From Spirochaetia bacterium (GTDB lineage: Bacteria > Spirochaetota > Spirochaetia > G963692905), in contig CBDCPJ010000054.1 of assembly GCA_965220165.1 (NCBI GenBank), positions 321,708 through 385,707 on the forward strand: a stretch of 64,000 nucleotides of DNA, read 5' to 3'. How positions within the stretch are numbered: position 1 is the stretch's first letter; the number at the start of each line of letters is the position of its first letter. Under the pieces are notes generated by a model. That model did no database searches. It was not told the DNA's origin and saw only the letters and a list, made by a program, of their open reading frames with translations. A program made the position numbers and the translations under genes. This document shows positions 21,506 through 32,145 of this stretch, one piece after another.

Positions 21506-23920
21506 TTAATCGGTAGTAATCAATTTTTTGGCCACTTTCTTTGTTTCATAAAGAACAATACGATCGCCAATTTTGATATCATTAAAATTTTCTATACCTA
21601 TGCCGCATTCAAAATTTGTTTCAACTTCTCGAACGCTATCTTTAAAACGTTGCAATGAAATAATAGTGCTACGGTAAATTTCTATACTATCTCGTATCAC
21701 AGCGGCTGAAGCTCCTCTTCGCATTTTTCCAGAAATCACAAAACTTCCTGCGATGGTTCCAATACGAGAAACTTTAAATACCTCTCTCACTTCTGCCTCT
21801 CCAATTTGTTCTTCGCGCAAATCGGGGGCAAGGAGACCTTCCATAGCATTTTTGATGTCTTCAACAACTTCATAAATGATATTATAACGCCGTATTTCAA
21901 TTTTTTCTCGATCGGCAATCTCTTGCACTTTTCCAGACGTATGCACATTAAACCCAACAATAATCGCTCGCGACGTGCTCGCCAGCAACACGTCGTTATC
22001 ATTTACCGCACCTGCGGCAGCCCTAACTACAACAAGTTTGATATCTTGCGTGCTAAGTTTTTCCAAAGAATTTTGGATGGCTTCGACCGATCCATGAACA
22101 TCTCCTTTGACAATCACATTTAATTCTTGAATTTCACCCTCTTGTATACTCTCATAAAGATTTTCTAATGTGACCTTCCTAATGCCCCCCGACTCTTCTA
22201 CCTTTCGCAGTTCTTGGCGCTTGCCTCCTATTGCACGAGCGATTCGTTCATTAGCAGTTACTTGAAATGGATCTCCAGAATTTGGAAGCCCTGCAAAACC
22301 AAGTATTTCGACAGGCATAGTCGGAAACGCATTAGCAATCTGCTCGCCGCGATCGTTAAACATAGCCCGCACTCGTCCAGGATAGACGCCTGCTACAAAA
22401 TTATCGCCTATCGATAATTTACCCTTTTGCACAAGGACCGTCGCAACCATACCTCGCCCATGATCAATGCGAGATTCAATGATTGTTCCTTCGGCTCTAC
22501 ATCCATACATTGCGGAAAGCTCTAACATTTCTGCTTGCAACAATAACGAATCCAGCAAGCCTTCAATACCCTCTCCGGTTAACGCGGATATATCGCAAAA
22601 TAACGTATCTCCACCCCACTCCTCCGGAACCAATCCAAGATCAGAAAGTTGCTGGCGTGTTCTTTCAGGATTTGCATCCGCAAGATCTATTTTATTAACA
22701 GCGACAATAATAGGTACGTTCGCAACGCGCGCATGGTCAATAGCCTCTTTAGTTTGAGGCATTACACCATCATTGGCGGCCACCACTAGAACAATAATGT
22801 CAGTTACTTTGGCTCCTCTCGCTCGCATTAGCGTAAAAGCGGCATGCCCTGGAGTATCCAGAAACGTAATTTTACCCTGCTCGAGTTCTACTTGGTATGC
22901 GCCGATGTGCTGAGTTATGCCCCCATATTCGCGTGACACTACATCTGCGGCGCGAATAGTATCCAACAGTTTTGTTTTGCCATGATCGACATGACCCATA
23001 ACAGTTATAATAGGCGGCCTGGTTTTTCTCGCAACATCTGTTTCAGGAGCTGTCTCAATAACAGTTTCATCATAGAGAGAAACTATAGTAGTGGTACAAC
23101 CATATTCGCTTGCAAGTAAAGTAGCGGTTTCTGCGTCTAATTGCTGATTAATGTTGACCATCGTGCCCATCTCCATAAGTTTTGCAATCAACACAGAAGC
23201 TTTTAAATTCATTTTGCGCGCAAAATCAGAAAGAGTAATAAAACCCATGATATCTATTTGCTTAGGAACAACGGGGGCATGCGAAGACCCGGGTTGTTTC
23301 AGCTGAATCTCTTTCTCCCGGTATCGAGACTCTTTACTTTTGTATATCCGCTTAAGATAACGCCTTCCCCCAGGAAGCCGATTATTATATACTCGTGAAG
23401 TATTCTTGCGCGGACCTCCGCGTTGCTGTCGGTTATCTCGTTCCTGTCTGTCAGTTACCTTAGCTTTCGTTTGATAACCGCCAACAAATGATTTCGGAGT
23501 ATTACGATCACGAGATTCAACTGCCTTCGCTCGCGTTGGTTGAGATTTATTCGTTTTTACGCGGTTGTCATCTAAATAGCCACCTGACCTTACAAGCGTT
23601 GTTGGCCGAACATGTCCGATATTTGTATTTTTTACTGGTTCTATCGGTGTATTCTGTTTATTTGCAATATTAGGCGTTACAGCAGTGTCGCGTCGTTCAT
23701 TTTCTGCTTTTTGGTTAGTTGATGACCTAGAAGGAGTAACTTTATTTGTAGCTTGATCGCCTACCTTAGTCTTTTTCTTGACTATGTATTTTTTTTTCGG
23801 CGCTGCATTTTTGTTCTCATTCTTTGTGGGCAAAGTCTCTCGCTTATTATCGATAGAGGATTTGCCCTTTCTATTTTTTATTAATAAAGTTTCATCAGCC
23901 ATCTGTTCTAATTTCATCAA
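21506..23920 (-). CDS. infB: Translation initiation factor IF-2
   Basis: GTPase G-domain ([14 protein letters not shown]; DTPGHAAF; NKID) and IF2 C-terminal domains. Low-complexity K/R/N-rich N-terminal extension. Confidence 0.95.
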   Translation of the reverse strand: MMKLEQMADETLLIKNRKGKSSIDNKRETLPTKNENKNAAPKKKYIVKKKTKVGDQATNKVTPSRSSTNQKAENERRDTAVTPNIANKQNTPIEPVKNTNIGHVRPTTLVRSGGYLDDNRVKTNKSQPTRAKAVESRDRNTPKSFVGGYQTKAKVTDRQERDNRQQRGGPRKNTSRVYNNRLPGGRRYLKRIYKSKESRYREKEIQLKQPGSSHAPVVPKQIDIMGFITLSDFARKMNLKASVLIAKLMEMGTMVNINQQLDAETATLLASEYGCTTTIVSLYDETVIETAPETDVARKTRPPIITVMGHVDHGKTKLLDTIRAADVVSREYGGITQHIGAYQVELEQGKITFLDTPGHAAFTLMRARGAKVTDIIVLVVAANDGVMPQTKEAIDHARVANVPIIVAVNKIDLADANPERTRQQLSDLGLVPEEWGGDTLFCDISALTGEGIEGLLDSLLLQAEMLELSAMYGCRAEGTIIESRIDHGRGMVATVLVQKGKLSIGDNFVAGVYPGRVRAMFNDRGEQIANAFPTMPVEILGFAGLPNSGDPFQVTANERIARAIGGKRQELRKVEESGGIRKVTLENLYESIQEGEIQELNVIVKGDVHGSVEAIQNSLEKLSTQDIKLVVVRAAAGAVNDNDVLLASTSRAIIVGFNVHTSGKVQEIADREKIEIRRYNIIYEVVEDIKNAMEGLLAPDLREEQIGEAEVREVFKVSRIGTIAGSFVISGKMRRGASAAVIRDSIEIYRSTIISLQRFKDSVREVETNFECGIGIENFNDIKIGDRIVLYETKKVAKKLITTD

Positions 23921-23923
23921 TAA

Positions 23924-25237
23924 TTACTCTTCATTCTCCACTATTTCAAGAACTTCAGTGAGCACCGTTTTTAAATGTTGCTTCTCACCATCCAGCAAAA
24001 ATGACAGTTCGGTAAACCCATCTTCAAGATGAGTAAGCAGATCTTCTATTAATTCAATCCCATTATCCTTCAATTTAATGATGACGTTATGAGATATGTC
24101 AGACAATTCAGAGATTAGACTAACTTCCTCTTCCTCGTCTCTATGATTCTCAGCAAAGAGATTTGCAATGGTATCGGTAGCCGGAGAAGCAATTTGCATC
24201 TCGCTAGCCTGTTGTTGTGTCTTCACTTCAATGTTCCAGTCGGTCAGCCTATTTGCCAATCTGACATTTAGCCCTTGTTTGCCAATTGCCAATGAAAGTT
24301 GGTTATCATTTACAATGGCTACCGCATGACGTTTCTCTGCGTCTAATATGCGAACAGAAAGAATATTTGCGGGCGACAACGCATTACTAATATATTTCAT
24401 GGGATCGTTGTCAAATTTAATCACGTCGACTTTTTCTCCCTCAAGCTCACGAACGATAGACTGAATACGAACACCCCTTAAACCAACACACGCACCCAAT
24501 GGATCCACATCCTCTCGTGTAGTCAAGATAGCTATTTTTGTGCGATAACCCGGTTCGCGAACAATTTTATATATTTCTATAGTTCGATCATATATCTCCG
24601 GCACCTCAAGTTCAAAAATACGGCGAACAAACTCGGGGTGAGTACGAGATAATATTACCTGTAATCCCGCCGTAGATTTTTTAACTTCATGAATTAACGC
24701 CTTAATTCTATCGTTATCGCGATACACCTCTCGCGGCGATTGAAATCGTTTAGGCAAAATACCCTCAATCTTTCCTAAGTCACAGTATATATTGCCTCCA
24801 CGCTCTCGCTGATAGTAACCAATGATCAATTCATTCACCTTATCTTTAAACTCTGAATAGATAGTATCCTTTTGTATCTCGCGAAGTTTTTGGCGCACTC
24901 TCTGTTTTGCGTTCTGAATTGTACCGCGATCAAATTCAGTAGTATCGATTTCCACAAGAATTTCATCTCCTATTTCAGCATTATTATGAATTCGCAGGGC
25001 ATGACTCAAATCAATTTCCAGAACTTCATCTTCCACTTGTTCTACAATTCGACGCTGAGCGTAAAGATTAACCTTCGTATCATTATCGCTAAAGCGAACA
25101 ATAGCATTTTCGTCAGTATGATATTTCTGTTTATAGGCTGTCAATAGAATCTCCTCTATTGTCTTGCGAACCAAATCGCTTGATAATTTTCGTTCTTGCG
25201 TTAGCTGCGCGATAGCGTCTGCCAAATTTATAGACAT
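23924..25237 (-). CDS. nusA: Transcription termination/antitermination factor NusA
   Basis: S1 and KH domains (ACVGLRGVRIQSIVRELEGEKVDVI; LAIGKQGLNVRLANRLTDWNIEV). Sits directly upstream of infB. Confidence 0.95.
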   Translation of the reverse strand: MSINLADAIAQLTQERKLSSDLVRKTIEEILLTAYKQKYHTDENAIVRFSDNDTKVNLYAQRRIVEQVEDEVLEIDLSHALRIHNNAEIGDEILVEIDTTEFDRGTIQNAKQRVRQKLREIQKDTIYSEFKDKVNELIIGYYQRERGGNIYCDLGKIEGILPKRFQSPREVYRDNDRIKALIHEVKKSTAGLQVILSRTHPEFVRRIFELEVPEIYDRTIEIYKIVREPGYRTKIAILTTREDVDPLGACVGLRGVRIQSIVRELEGEKVDVIKFDNDPMKYISNALSPANILSVRILDAEKRHAVAIVNDNQLSLAIGKQGLNVRLANRLTDWNIEVKTQQQASEMQIASPATDTIANLFAENHRDEEEEVSLISELSDISHNVIIKLKDNGIELIEDLLTHLEDGFTELSFLLDGEKQHLKTVLTEVLEIVENEE

Positions 25238-25495
25238 ATCAAATCCTTCCGAATATAGTCGCCAAAGACTCCTCTATAACGATCAAGGAGTATAACAGAA
25301 GATATAAATTGAATTACCATATTAAGATAGTAACCATTAATTGAGAATATGTCTATATTGCCCTGTTATGATAAAAGAGTACACTATAGCCGCTAGAGCT
25401 TAATAGCATGACTATCGCCTAATTGCGCGCAAGCTTTTTTTTACCACCCATCCGCGGAAACAAAGGCTTTAGCTGAGGATCTGACAGTTCTCTAA

Positions 25496-25569
25496 TGGGC
25501 GGTGACGGATTTGAACCGCCGACATCCTGCTTGTAAGGCAGGCACTCTAACCAACTGAGTTAACCGCCC
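25496..25569 (-). tRNA. tRNA-Val (anticodon TAC)
   Basis: Cloverleaf folded by hand: acceptor GGGCGGT/ACCGCCC, D-stem ACTC/GAGT, anticodon stem CCTGC/GCAGG with loop CTTACAA, and T-arm GGCGG-TTCAAAT-CCGTC. Discriminator is A and no CCA is encoded. Closely resembles E. coli tRNA-Val(UAC). Confidence 0.9.
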
Positions 25570-25732
25570 GCACACAGTCTGCCATTATAGTATAGTCAAT
25601 ATGACAATGCAAGTAAAATTAGCCTCGATATAGCATGGCGATAGAGAACTGTCGAAAATTAATAACGGTAATATTTTAGTTAATTGCGATACGAACCATT
25701 GGTTCAAGCTACTCTAAACAAGAAGTAATCGT

Positions 25733-25960
25733 CTACTCTTCAAAATCTGTTGGTAGATTAGAAAATGGAGAAAACTCAGATTGTAACGCCGCTTGATTCT
25801 GCTTTTGAATTGATTGATAAATCTCTTTTCTCAATATTGTAACCGAAGAAGGGGCGTTAATCCCAATTCGCGCTTGCTCTCCCTTGATTGAAACAATCGA
25901 AATCTCTATTTGCTCATCAATTAGAATGCTCTCGCCAACATATCTACTTAATACTAACAT
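25733..25960 (-). CDS. csrA: Carbon storage regulator CsrA
   Basis: MLVLSRYVGESILIDEQIEISIV...GINAP matches the CsrA fold signature. Overlaps the fliW stop, the canonical fliW-csrA arrangement. Confidence 0.9.
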   Translation of the reverse strand: MLVLSRYVGESILIDEQIEISIVSIKGEQARIGINAPSSVTILRKEIYQSIQKQNQAALQSEFSPFSNLPTDFEE

Positions 25961-26402
25961 TGTCTAACTGCTCTCTCGATACATAATGGCGAGGAGTCCA
26001 TCGATCGTCTTGCGATATAGATTGCAAAGCAATCTGTTTGGATTTATTGACCACTAACGGACCAAGAAGATTAACTGTTATTTCGTTAGAAGGAGATTTA
26101 ATAGTAACTATGGATAAGGCTATAACATCTTCATCCTTGGGAGATAAGAGTTTTTGATAATCATCGTCCAATATATTTAGCTGATAATCAGGAAAAATAA
26201 GATATGGATTTATAACAATGAATGCGCTATTAGCATCTTCTAGGCTTTGCAACCAATAAAATGGCGGATGCTTACTCTCCAAGAGGACCCAATCCAGCAG
26301 ATCAGAGAAGCCAAATATACCGCGTACAAAACGTATAATTTGCTTCGGATCGACAGCGATTTCCCCGCGAGCTCTAGTTTTGACTAAAATTAATTGCGAC
26401 AT
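25944..26402 (-). CDS. fliW: Flagellar assembly factor FliW
   Basis: Start taken at the internal ATG (MSQLILVKTRARGEI...) to give about 152 aa. The tracked ORF extends upstream into flgL. FliW motifs are present (FGFSDLLDWVLLES...FIVINPYLIFPDYQ). Confidence 0.8.
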   Translation of the reverse strand: MSQLILVKTRARGEIAVDPKQIIRFVRGIFGFSDLLDWVLLESKHPPFYWLQSLEDANSAFIVINPYLIFPDYQLNILDDDYQKLLSPKDEDVIALSIVTIKSPSNEITVNLLGPLVVNKSKQIALQSISQDDRWTPRHYVSREQLDNVSIK

Positions 26403-26412
26403 TATTATGTAT

Positions 26413-27639
26413 TCATCGAATGAAGTCGAGCAACGTATTGGGTATAATACGCGCTGTAGTAGCGAGAGCCGCTTGATGCGTCTGCTCAAGAATCCGCAAA
26501 TCAACAATTTCTTGCGCCAAATTAGGATCGACAATCGTTGAATAGTGAGCGGCGAGATCTATGTAATTACGTTGATTACGCTGATATATTGTAGATACAC
26601 GACTATCTCGGGCGCCAAATTCGGAAATGTACGAGAGAACATTCTCTATCGCCTCATCTATACCATCAAGACTCCTACCGCCAATGGTTTCCGCATCATT
26701 AGATAACATCGCGTCTCGCAATCGAATAACGACGTCAAATAGGGAGCCCCCGAAACGTTCCGGCGGCGATGTTTCTCCGCCAAAATCAACTATGAGTCCT
26801 ATATCTCGCAACACATTGTTATCATCTTCAAGCGTAATTTGGTGTGGATTGGTAGTTTGTAACACAATTCCGTTGGTAATCGGATCGATATTTGCCTCTA
26901 CAGCCGCCGGAGAGTCATTTATCTTAGTCACGATAGCTCCAAGAGTATCGCCAACTATCAGTTCAATAGCATGCCCATCGACATAAATATTGCTATCGAC
27001 AGCAACTTGATAATCCGCGGCGTCAACAGCTGAAAATATTTGCTGATTTTCCGCCCAAAATACATAATTTCCCGGAACATCTAAATCAATCCTATCGCGC
27101 TCTGAAACTTCGGTCCTTCGCGATGATATGCCGCCGATATACTCAACTTGCGTAACCATCGATTGCCCGCTTCCAGCAACGTTTCCCATAAGCGCGCGAA
27201 AAGGTTCCAGCTGTGTCCGTGTTCCAGAGAACAGACTGAGGCCTTCTAAATCGCGGGAATTGCCGATTTGTATCAATTCTTGCAACATTTGATCTACTTC
27301 AAATGCCATATGCTGTCTATCTTCTCCGCTGTAAGAACCGTTTGCGCCTTGGATACTTAATTCTCTGATACGTTGAAGAATATCGACTGACTGGCGCATA
27401 AAATTTTCCGCTATACGCCAATTACTTTGAGCATATTCTATATTTTTTTCATAGCGTTCAAGACGAGCCAAATATGATTGATAACGGCTTGCATGAGCAG
27501 CCCCAATAGGATCATCACGTAAATTAAGAATTCTTGTCTGACCCGAAATACGATTTTGACTCTCGTTAAGCATAAATTCTCGATTACGCAGGTGATACTG
27601 CATATTATCATGGGTAAGATTATTGCTGATTCTGTACAT
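26413..27639 (-). CDS. flgL: Flagellar hook-associated protein 3 (hook-filament junction) FlgL
   Basis: Flagellin-like N-terminus (MYRISNNLTHDNMQYHLRNRE...) and C-terminus (LAQEIVDLRILEQTHQAALATTARI). Located between flgK and fliW. Confidence 0.8.
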   Translation of the reverse strand: MYRISNNLTHDNMQYHLRNREFMLNESQNRISGQTRILNLRDDPIGAAHASRYQSYLARLERYEKNIEYAQSNWRIAENFMRQSVDILQRIRELSIQGANGSYSGEDRQHMAFEVDQMLQELIQIGNSRDLEGLSLFSGTRTQLEPFRALMGNVAGSGQSMVTQVEYIGGISSRRTEVSERDRIDLDVPGNYVFWAENQQIFSAVDAADYQVAVDSNIYVDGHAIELIVGDTLGAIVTKINDSPAAVEANIDPITNGIVLQTTNPHQITLEDDNNVLRDIGLIVDFGGETSPPERFGGSLFDVVIRLRDAMLSNDAETIGGRSLDGIDEAIENVLSYISEFGARDSRVSTIYQRNQRNYIDLAAHYSTIVDPNLAQEIVDLRILEQTHQAALATTARIIPNTLLDFIR

Positions 27640-27694
27640 GATCGATCCCCCTGATTATTGCCATGTTATTGCTGTTGCCAAATCGCCACGCTCT

Positions 27695-29571
27695 TTAAAC
27701 ACCCATGCGGTTAATAACCGTATCCAACATTTGATCTAAATAGGTGATAAATCGAGCCGCAGCGCTGTATCCATGCTGAAATTTTATCATCTCCGCAACC
27801 TCTTCATCAATGTTTACTCCACTAATCGATGAACGCATATCTCGTAAATCTTTCATAATCTGTTCGTGAACACGGCGGGACAGATCGGAGCGCTCTCCCT
27901 TTAGACCTATATCCGCAATAGAATCAGAAAAATAATCGTCAAAGGTTATTGATTGACCTATCAAAACAGGTGTGTTGCGAAGCGCGGCGATTGCTTCCGC
28001 GGCTTTGCCATTATGAACTATAGGCGCATCTTCCGGATCGTTAATTGATGCCGCAATTAAAGAAATATCTTCTTGAACAGCTCTATCGATAGCTATCCAG
28101 CCGGATGGATTCATCAATGGGGCAACGCCATATTCGGCTTCTGATTGAAGAAAATCAAGAGCCGCATCTGCCTGCTGCCAATTGTACGCCCCCTCTGCTC
28201 CTGACTGCTGGAGCAAACCGGAATATCCCGTTAAAAATTCTCCCGAATCTTCTAACGATCTAATAACAAAATCGGGAAAGCATGATCATCGCTACTCGTT
28301 CCTTTGATAGCCAGTCGATTGTTACGATCGAGTCGTACCGTTACATCGCCATCGGCATTATTTATTTTCTCGATAATATCAGCAACAAGATCGGTAGATT
28401 CATAATTTATCTCGACAACATCATTTCCTCGCGGGATAGTAATCACGCCCTGTAGCCCTACTCTTCGCTGAGCCTCCAGACGATTCGCTCCGGTAATTCT
28501 AAATAGATAGCTACTATCAAATACGCCGTCGTCATCGCGATCGACATTGCCTAATTGATTAAGAACGCGCGGATATTCAACAAAGAATTCCTGCCCTGTT
28601 GAGCCATTCAAGCCATATGCGGAACGATGCTGTTCATTAACCAAATCAATAAAATTAATGGTAAAGCTATCCAGTTTCTGAATTTCCCCGCGGACATCTC
28701 CATCGCGAATTTCTATTAACGACGCTATCGCGCCGTCTCTAAAATGCGCATCTTCCCCAGAATGATTCCAAACTACTTGACTATATCCATCATTATCAGC
28801 TTCGGCACTGGTATCAAAAAGCCTTCCTATACCGCCCTGGACAATATGAAATCCGCCGCTATGAATATTGAACTCATCGGGATCGCGACTATCGATACGA
28901 ATGTCAATCAAAATGGACAGTTCGTCAATCAATAAATCGCGCCGATCCAGCAAATCGTTTGGATTATCTCCGGCGGCTTTCGCCGTACCGATATTTTGAT
29001 TAAGCAACGCAATATCCTCAATAAGCCCATTTGCTTTAACTACCTTGCCTTTTATTTCTTGGTCTAACATTGAGCGAATACGATCCAGTTCGCCATATCG
29101 CAACGTTATCGACCCCACCAATGACTCGCCTCTTTGCACCACCGCCCTTCGAGCCGATAAGTCGGTAGGATGATGAGCCATTTCTTGCCAAGCGTCCCAA
29201 AATTGGTCTACCATGCCACGTATTGATAGCTCCGTTGGCTCATTATAAAGCTGATCAAGCATAAGCATATATCTATCTCTTGTTTTCCAATAGCCCTCAG
29301 AACTTGATTGAGCGACAATACGGCTATCGAGAAGCTCATCGCGAATTCGGGCGACGCGGCTAGCAATTACCCCTTGCCCCAGTTGCCCAGCGCGCTCGCT
29401 ACGACTTAATCCCGCAACATCAATAGGCGCAAATGCCGATAATTCAACCCGCTGACGACTGTAGCCGGGAGTAGATATATTGCTAAGATTATTTCCAATC
29501 GTTGTTAATCCTAGCTGGTGACCAAATAGACTGCGCTTGCCTATTTCGATGCCAGAAAATGTTGATTGCAC
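27695..29571 (-). pseudogene. flgK: Flagellar hook-associated protein 1 FlgK, split by a frameshift into two ORFs (28252..29571 N-part; 27695..~28260 C-part)
   Basis: The N-part has the FlgK rod/hook N-motif (GLTTIGNNLSNISTPGYSRQ). The C-part has the conserved FlgK C-terminus (VNIDEEVAEMIKFQHGYSAAARFITYLDQMLDTVINRMG). The two frames overlap around 28255-28275, next to short A/T runs. Confidence 0.75.
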
Positions 29572-29572
29572 G

Positions 29573-30073
29573 CTATTGTTTATGATCTACCAAATAGGCA
29601 GTATCTTCCTTTGTCACCGATTCGCCTTTTGCGTTATAGGCTTGGCGACCGGGAAATAGTTCGCTCATTACACCTTGAATGGTAGATGACGTCGCTTGAA
29701 GATAGTCGCTTAAATTTTGCACAACGCTAGCTATACGCGAAGAAAATGCTTTTATGCAACGTCGCTGTTCTAAAAGCACGCTTCTTTGTTCTTGCGGCAA
29801 CGCGCTCGCAATAGTACGAAGATGAGGTTTTACGTTGAGCTCTTTAGCAATCTCGATCGCCAAGTCAATTCGTTGGCGTTCGTACTCGTTCAATGCTGTG
29901 GAATCGTCACGAATCGCTTCAAGCCCATTCTCTAATGTTTCCCAATCCCTATTTAGCAAAGACTGGTGTACACAAACGCTATGCGAAAGCATAGATCGCA
30001 AAAGCTCAATTTCATCCTGCAATAGTTCAGGCAGTTTGGTAGCGTTGATATTTGATTCTAATCCTGTCTGCAT
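29573..30073 (-). CDS. flgN: Putative flagellar export chaperone FlgN
   Basis: 166-aa helical protein directly upstream of flgK. The position is canonical for flgN. Sequence similarity is only weak. Confidence 0.45.
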   Translation of the reverse strand: MQTGLESNINATKLPELLQDEIELLRSMLSHSVCVHQSLLNRDWETLENGLEAIRDDSTALNEYERQRIDLAIEIAKELNVKPHLRTIASALPQEQRSVLLEQRRCIKAFSSRIASVVQNLSDYLQATSSTIQGVMSELFPGRQAYNAKGESVTKEDTAYLVDHKQ

Positions 30074-30234
30074 AATTCCTTCTCATGATTATAATATCGA
30101 CGATAAAATAAATTGATTAAGGAAGAACATTGTTAATAAAAAATAACTGATCTATAAGAAGGAGACTGGCAACTCAATGCAGTATTATCAATTAGTATAA
30201 TACAATCCGGCGAAATAGCGCGGCGCTATTATTA

Positions 30235-31593
30235 TCAATCGTGCGGCGATATGATATCATAGCGAAGATCGTAGGTGGAAAGACGCGGTTGCATTTGATC
30301 GAATACCGAGCTCATCGCCGTGTCCACAAAACACCGCAGATCAAGGTTATCTATCCAGCCGCAGTTTAACTGCATTGATTGAGCGGGATCTATACGATCA
30401 AAAAATTCCGCGGGCAACACATCGGGCAACATCTCGCTAAACAGTCGCTGAGCGCGTCGCTTAACGGCGGGCACGCCTATCCGCCCGCGCGTGCCCCACA
30501 CTATCTGCCTATCCGCACTCTGCTCTCCTTCATGAGGTCTAATCGAAAATCCTATATCCATATCGGCATTAAACAAATACTTTAATAATACCGCCTCAGT
30601 TAACATAGCGATATCTTCGCTTTGTGTAGTATACGCATAATCATGATTGGCCGCGTCATTTCCGAACCAATTGGCCATTTGGTGAGCCGACCAATGACGT
30701 TCCTCGTCGCTAAATATGCTTCCTAGATATCGGATACTGGCATATCTGTTCATTCGCTTATCAGAAAGGCTATAGGCAGATGACGCATTTTCTTGATAAC
30801 CAAAATTTTGAGATATAGGGCTAAAATCATTCTGCGCCACAAGAGCATAGGGATGGACATCGCAGGCAGCAACGCTATTGCTATTGTTGCAATTAATATT
30901 CGAAATAAGCTTAAAAGGATAATAATCGTTTGCGTGAGCTAGCTCGTGCAAGAGCAGTCTTATAGTATATCTCAAAACATCTATGAATGATCGATCAGAA
31001 TTATTAAGCCTATAAAAATAGGTGTCATTGCTTGAAACATATCGCCATAGAATATCTACCATAAGATCATCGCCAAAATTGGATCGAAAATCGGGAGTCT
31101 GATCAATAACCACATCTTCATCGGTCCGCAATGCGAGGCGTTTTGGATCAAGATAAATAACACTATTCCAGGGGTTGTACAGGGACGGCCTAATATCGTC
31201 GCTAATGACGATTACGGTAACTGCTCTGCTCATCAGCAACAACACTTGACGAGCCTCGGGAGATAAGGAATTCAACACCTCTTCAAAACGAGCTCCCATC
31301 CATGCGTGCGAGACTACAACTCTATTCATAATATTGGCGACGGTTGGCTGAGATGTCTCCATTCCGATAAATGGGAGCTGTCGAATAGGGCAAATAGCGA
31401 TAGGAGACGAACAATTAAGCAGTTGCTCTCGGTATTTATTGTCGTGAGTATTGCAGTATACAAAACGAGAAGCCTCGAATGGCGGTGGCTCTCCGCACAC
31501 ATCTCCCACGGGATGTTGGCATCCTGATATTGCCAATAACAACTGCGCTAATATTAGGAATACAAATAATAGTTTTGAGTCAATTACAGTCAT
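30235..31593 (-). CDS. Putative zincin-like metallopeptidase lipoprotein (HExxH)
   Basis: Signal peptide plus lipobox (LLLAISGC). An HELAH motif (LLLHELAHANDYYP) suggests zinc binding. No family assignment is possible from sequence alone. Confidence 0.45.
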   Translation of the reverse strand: MTVIDSKLLFVFLILAQLLLAISGCQHPVGDVCGEPPPFEASRFVYCNTHDNKYREQLLNCSSPIAICPIRQLPFIGMETSQPTVANIMNRVVVSHAWMGARFEEVLNSLSPEARQVLLLMSRAVTVIVISDDIRPSLYNPWNSVIYLDPKRLALRTDEDVVIDQTPDFRSNFGDDLMVDILWRYVSSNDTYFYRLNNSDRSFIDVLRYTIRLLLHELAHANDYYPFKLISNINCNNSNSVAACDVHPYALVAQNDFSPISQNFGYQENASSAYSLSDKRMNRYASIRYLGSIFSDEERHWSAHQMANWFGNDAANHDYAYTTQSEDIAMLTEAVLLKYLFNADMDIGFSIRPHEGEQSADRQIVWGTRGRIGVPAVKRRAQRLFSEMLPDVLPAEFFDRIDPAQSMQLNCGWIDNLDLRCFVDTAMSSVFDQMQPRLSTYDLRYDIISPHD

Positions 31594-31803
31594 TTATGTT
31601 CGCCTTCCAAAATAATTGGGACATATATAAACTAAAAATACACTGGATATATATACATTGTACAGAATAGAAATCCAATTGCGCCATACAATATTTTTGA
31701 TATGACAATCAAAATTCTCGCGCAAATTTCCACCGCGTTGCGCGCGCTCTAAAGCAATTAATCTATCTCTATCGTTCTTTGCAACTTCCTTACATCTTAA
31801 TAA

Positions 31804-31832
31804 TTGACATTTTATATCAATCGCGTTATCAT
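31804..31832 (+). promoter_or_regulatory. Sigma70-like promoter upstream of clpS-clpA (TTGACA-17 nt-TATCAT)
   Basis: -35 TTGACA at 31804-31809, a 17-nt spacer, and -10 TATCAT at 31827-31832. Confidence 0.4.
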
Positions 31833-31838
31833 TTTTAT

Positions 31839-32144
31839 GTGGAGACTATTATTGTTCCCGATGTTAAGACAAAATGGAAAATAGATCTCAAGCGCCCGAA
31901 CCTGTATCGGGTAATATTGCATAACGACGACGTCACCCCAATGGAATTTGTGGTATTTTTATTAATTAAACTATTCCACAAATCTACTGCGGAAGCTACC
32001 AAAATTATGTTGCAAACACACAACAATGGAAAAAGCTCCGCTGGCGTTTATAGCTATGATATCGCTGCAACAAAGGCGCAACAAGCGCGCCAATTGGCGC
32101 GAACAAATGCGTTCCCGCTACGTTGCACAATTGAGGAGGAGTAA
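31839..32144 (+). CDS. clpS: ATP-dependent Clp protease adaptor ClpS (start uncertain; GTG at 31839 proposed)
   Basis: KRPNLYRVILHNDDVTPMEFVVFLL aligns with the ClpS core (YKVILVNDDYTPMEFV). The tracked ORF start at 31779 (TTG) would place the -35 box inside the gene. The stop lies 1 nt before the clpA ATG. Confidence 0.75.
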   Translation: METIIVPDVKTKWKIDLKRPNLYRVILHNDDVTPMEFVVFLLIKLFHKSTAEATKIMLQTHNNGKSSAGVYSYDIAATKAQQARQLARTNAFPLRCTIEEE

Positions 32145-32145
32145 T

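Noticed and set aside
31779-31838. Upstream TTG start giving ClpS a 20-aa hydrophobic N-extension (MQLPYILIIDILYQSRYHFY)
   Set aside because: The extension overlaps the predicted -35/-10 promoter elements and has no counterpart in ClpS proteins. A downstream GTG start is more plausible, though unresolved.
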